Positions 40,800-41,280 of a stretch of DNA of 41,280 bases are shown here, in pieces. The position numbers were made by a program, and so were the translations under genes. The notes under the pieces were generated by a model. The model made no database searches. It was given only the letters and a program-made list of their open reading frames with translations, and was not told the DNA's origin. The DNA is from Rhodosorus marinus CCMP1338 (taxonomy: Eukaryota > Plantae > Rhodophyta), in the NCBI GenBank assembly GCA_029953675.1, contig JAMWBK010000015.1:1-41280 (forward strand), given 5' to 3'. How positions within the stretch are numbered: position 1 is the stretch's first letter; the number at the start of each line of letters is the position of its first letter.

Positions 40800-41280
40800 T
40801 GGAGCTTCAAAATGTATGGACCGAACATTATGAACATGGGAAACACACGAGCAGGAAAGATCGCAAGCAAAGGATGTGACTGCCACCAACAACAAGATCC
40901 TGTGGGAGAAGACCCAGGAACTTGTGGGTGTATAGGCCTCTGTGAATTTTCCGTTGTCTTGTGGGGTTCTTTGTTAATATTCCGTGCAAATTAAATACAG
41001 TATCGACAAGTAAACGGTTTTGCCGAAAGCAGCAACTTCACCGAGGGGTGAACCTGTTATTCCGATCTCCACGCCGGCAGTGCTATGTGCTACGATGCTT
41101 CTAGTCACAGAGAACCTCGGCCCCACTTCCGAGGAAATGATCGCCAGGTGTAGAATATAACTATCCTATGCACGTATCTTAGATTTAACCCTGGAGATCC
41201 ATCACCGTCAACCTTGAAGACCTTCCGCTCTTGGAGAGGATGATTTGCCCTATCGAAAAGGTACTGGGGATCGTGAAGCG

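Noticed and set aside
40800-41280. Possible gene at the window end
   Set aside because: Short ORFs only, with no start plus signal peptide or recognisable motif.

Overview
Eukaryotic, subtelomere-like window; the organism is not identifiable from sequence alone. It is a dense nest of restriction-like-endonuclease (RLE) non-LTR retrotransposons of CRE type (RT plus CCHC knuckle plus PD-D/ExK nuclease), interleaved with intronless secreted-protein genes. Three element groups differ in C-terminus and 3' tail. Group A sits in short tracts of a 16-nt G-rich telomere-like repeat, TTACGTTAGTCTGGGG; it has one near-full-length two-ORF copy at 22980-27801 and many truncated copies. Group B ends ...RRA* with a TTCA/TTCG tail; one full-length copy (13540-22950) is split by a 4.76-kb insert. 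Group C ends ...HASLPSS* with a CAGTAAA/AATAAAG tail, often next to ACC repeats; only 3' pieces are present. Three long secreted-protein ORFs are intact (4321-5316, 9483-10610, 14535-15959), plus a small repeat protein and several fragments or pseudogenes. Top signals: (1) a candidate new telomere repeat with site-specific retroelements; (2) a gene-carrying block flanked by an exact 16-bp duplication inside the group B endonuclease domain; (3) host-like ORFs fused to the group A 3' tail; (4) overlapping stop/start codons between ORF1 and ORF2 in every lineage where the junction survives. No rRNA, tRNA or CRISPR array was recognised. Family assignments come from motif reading, not database searches.
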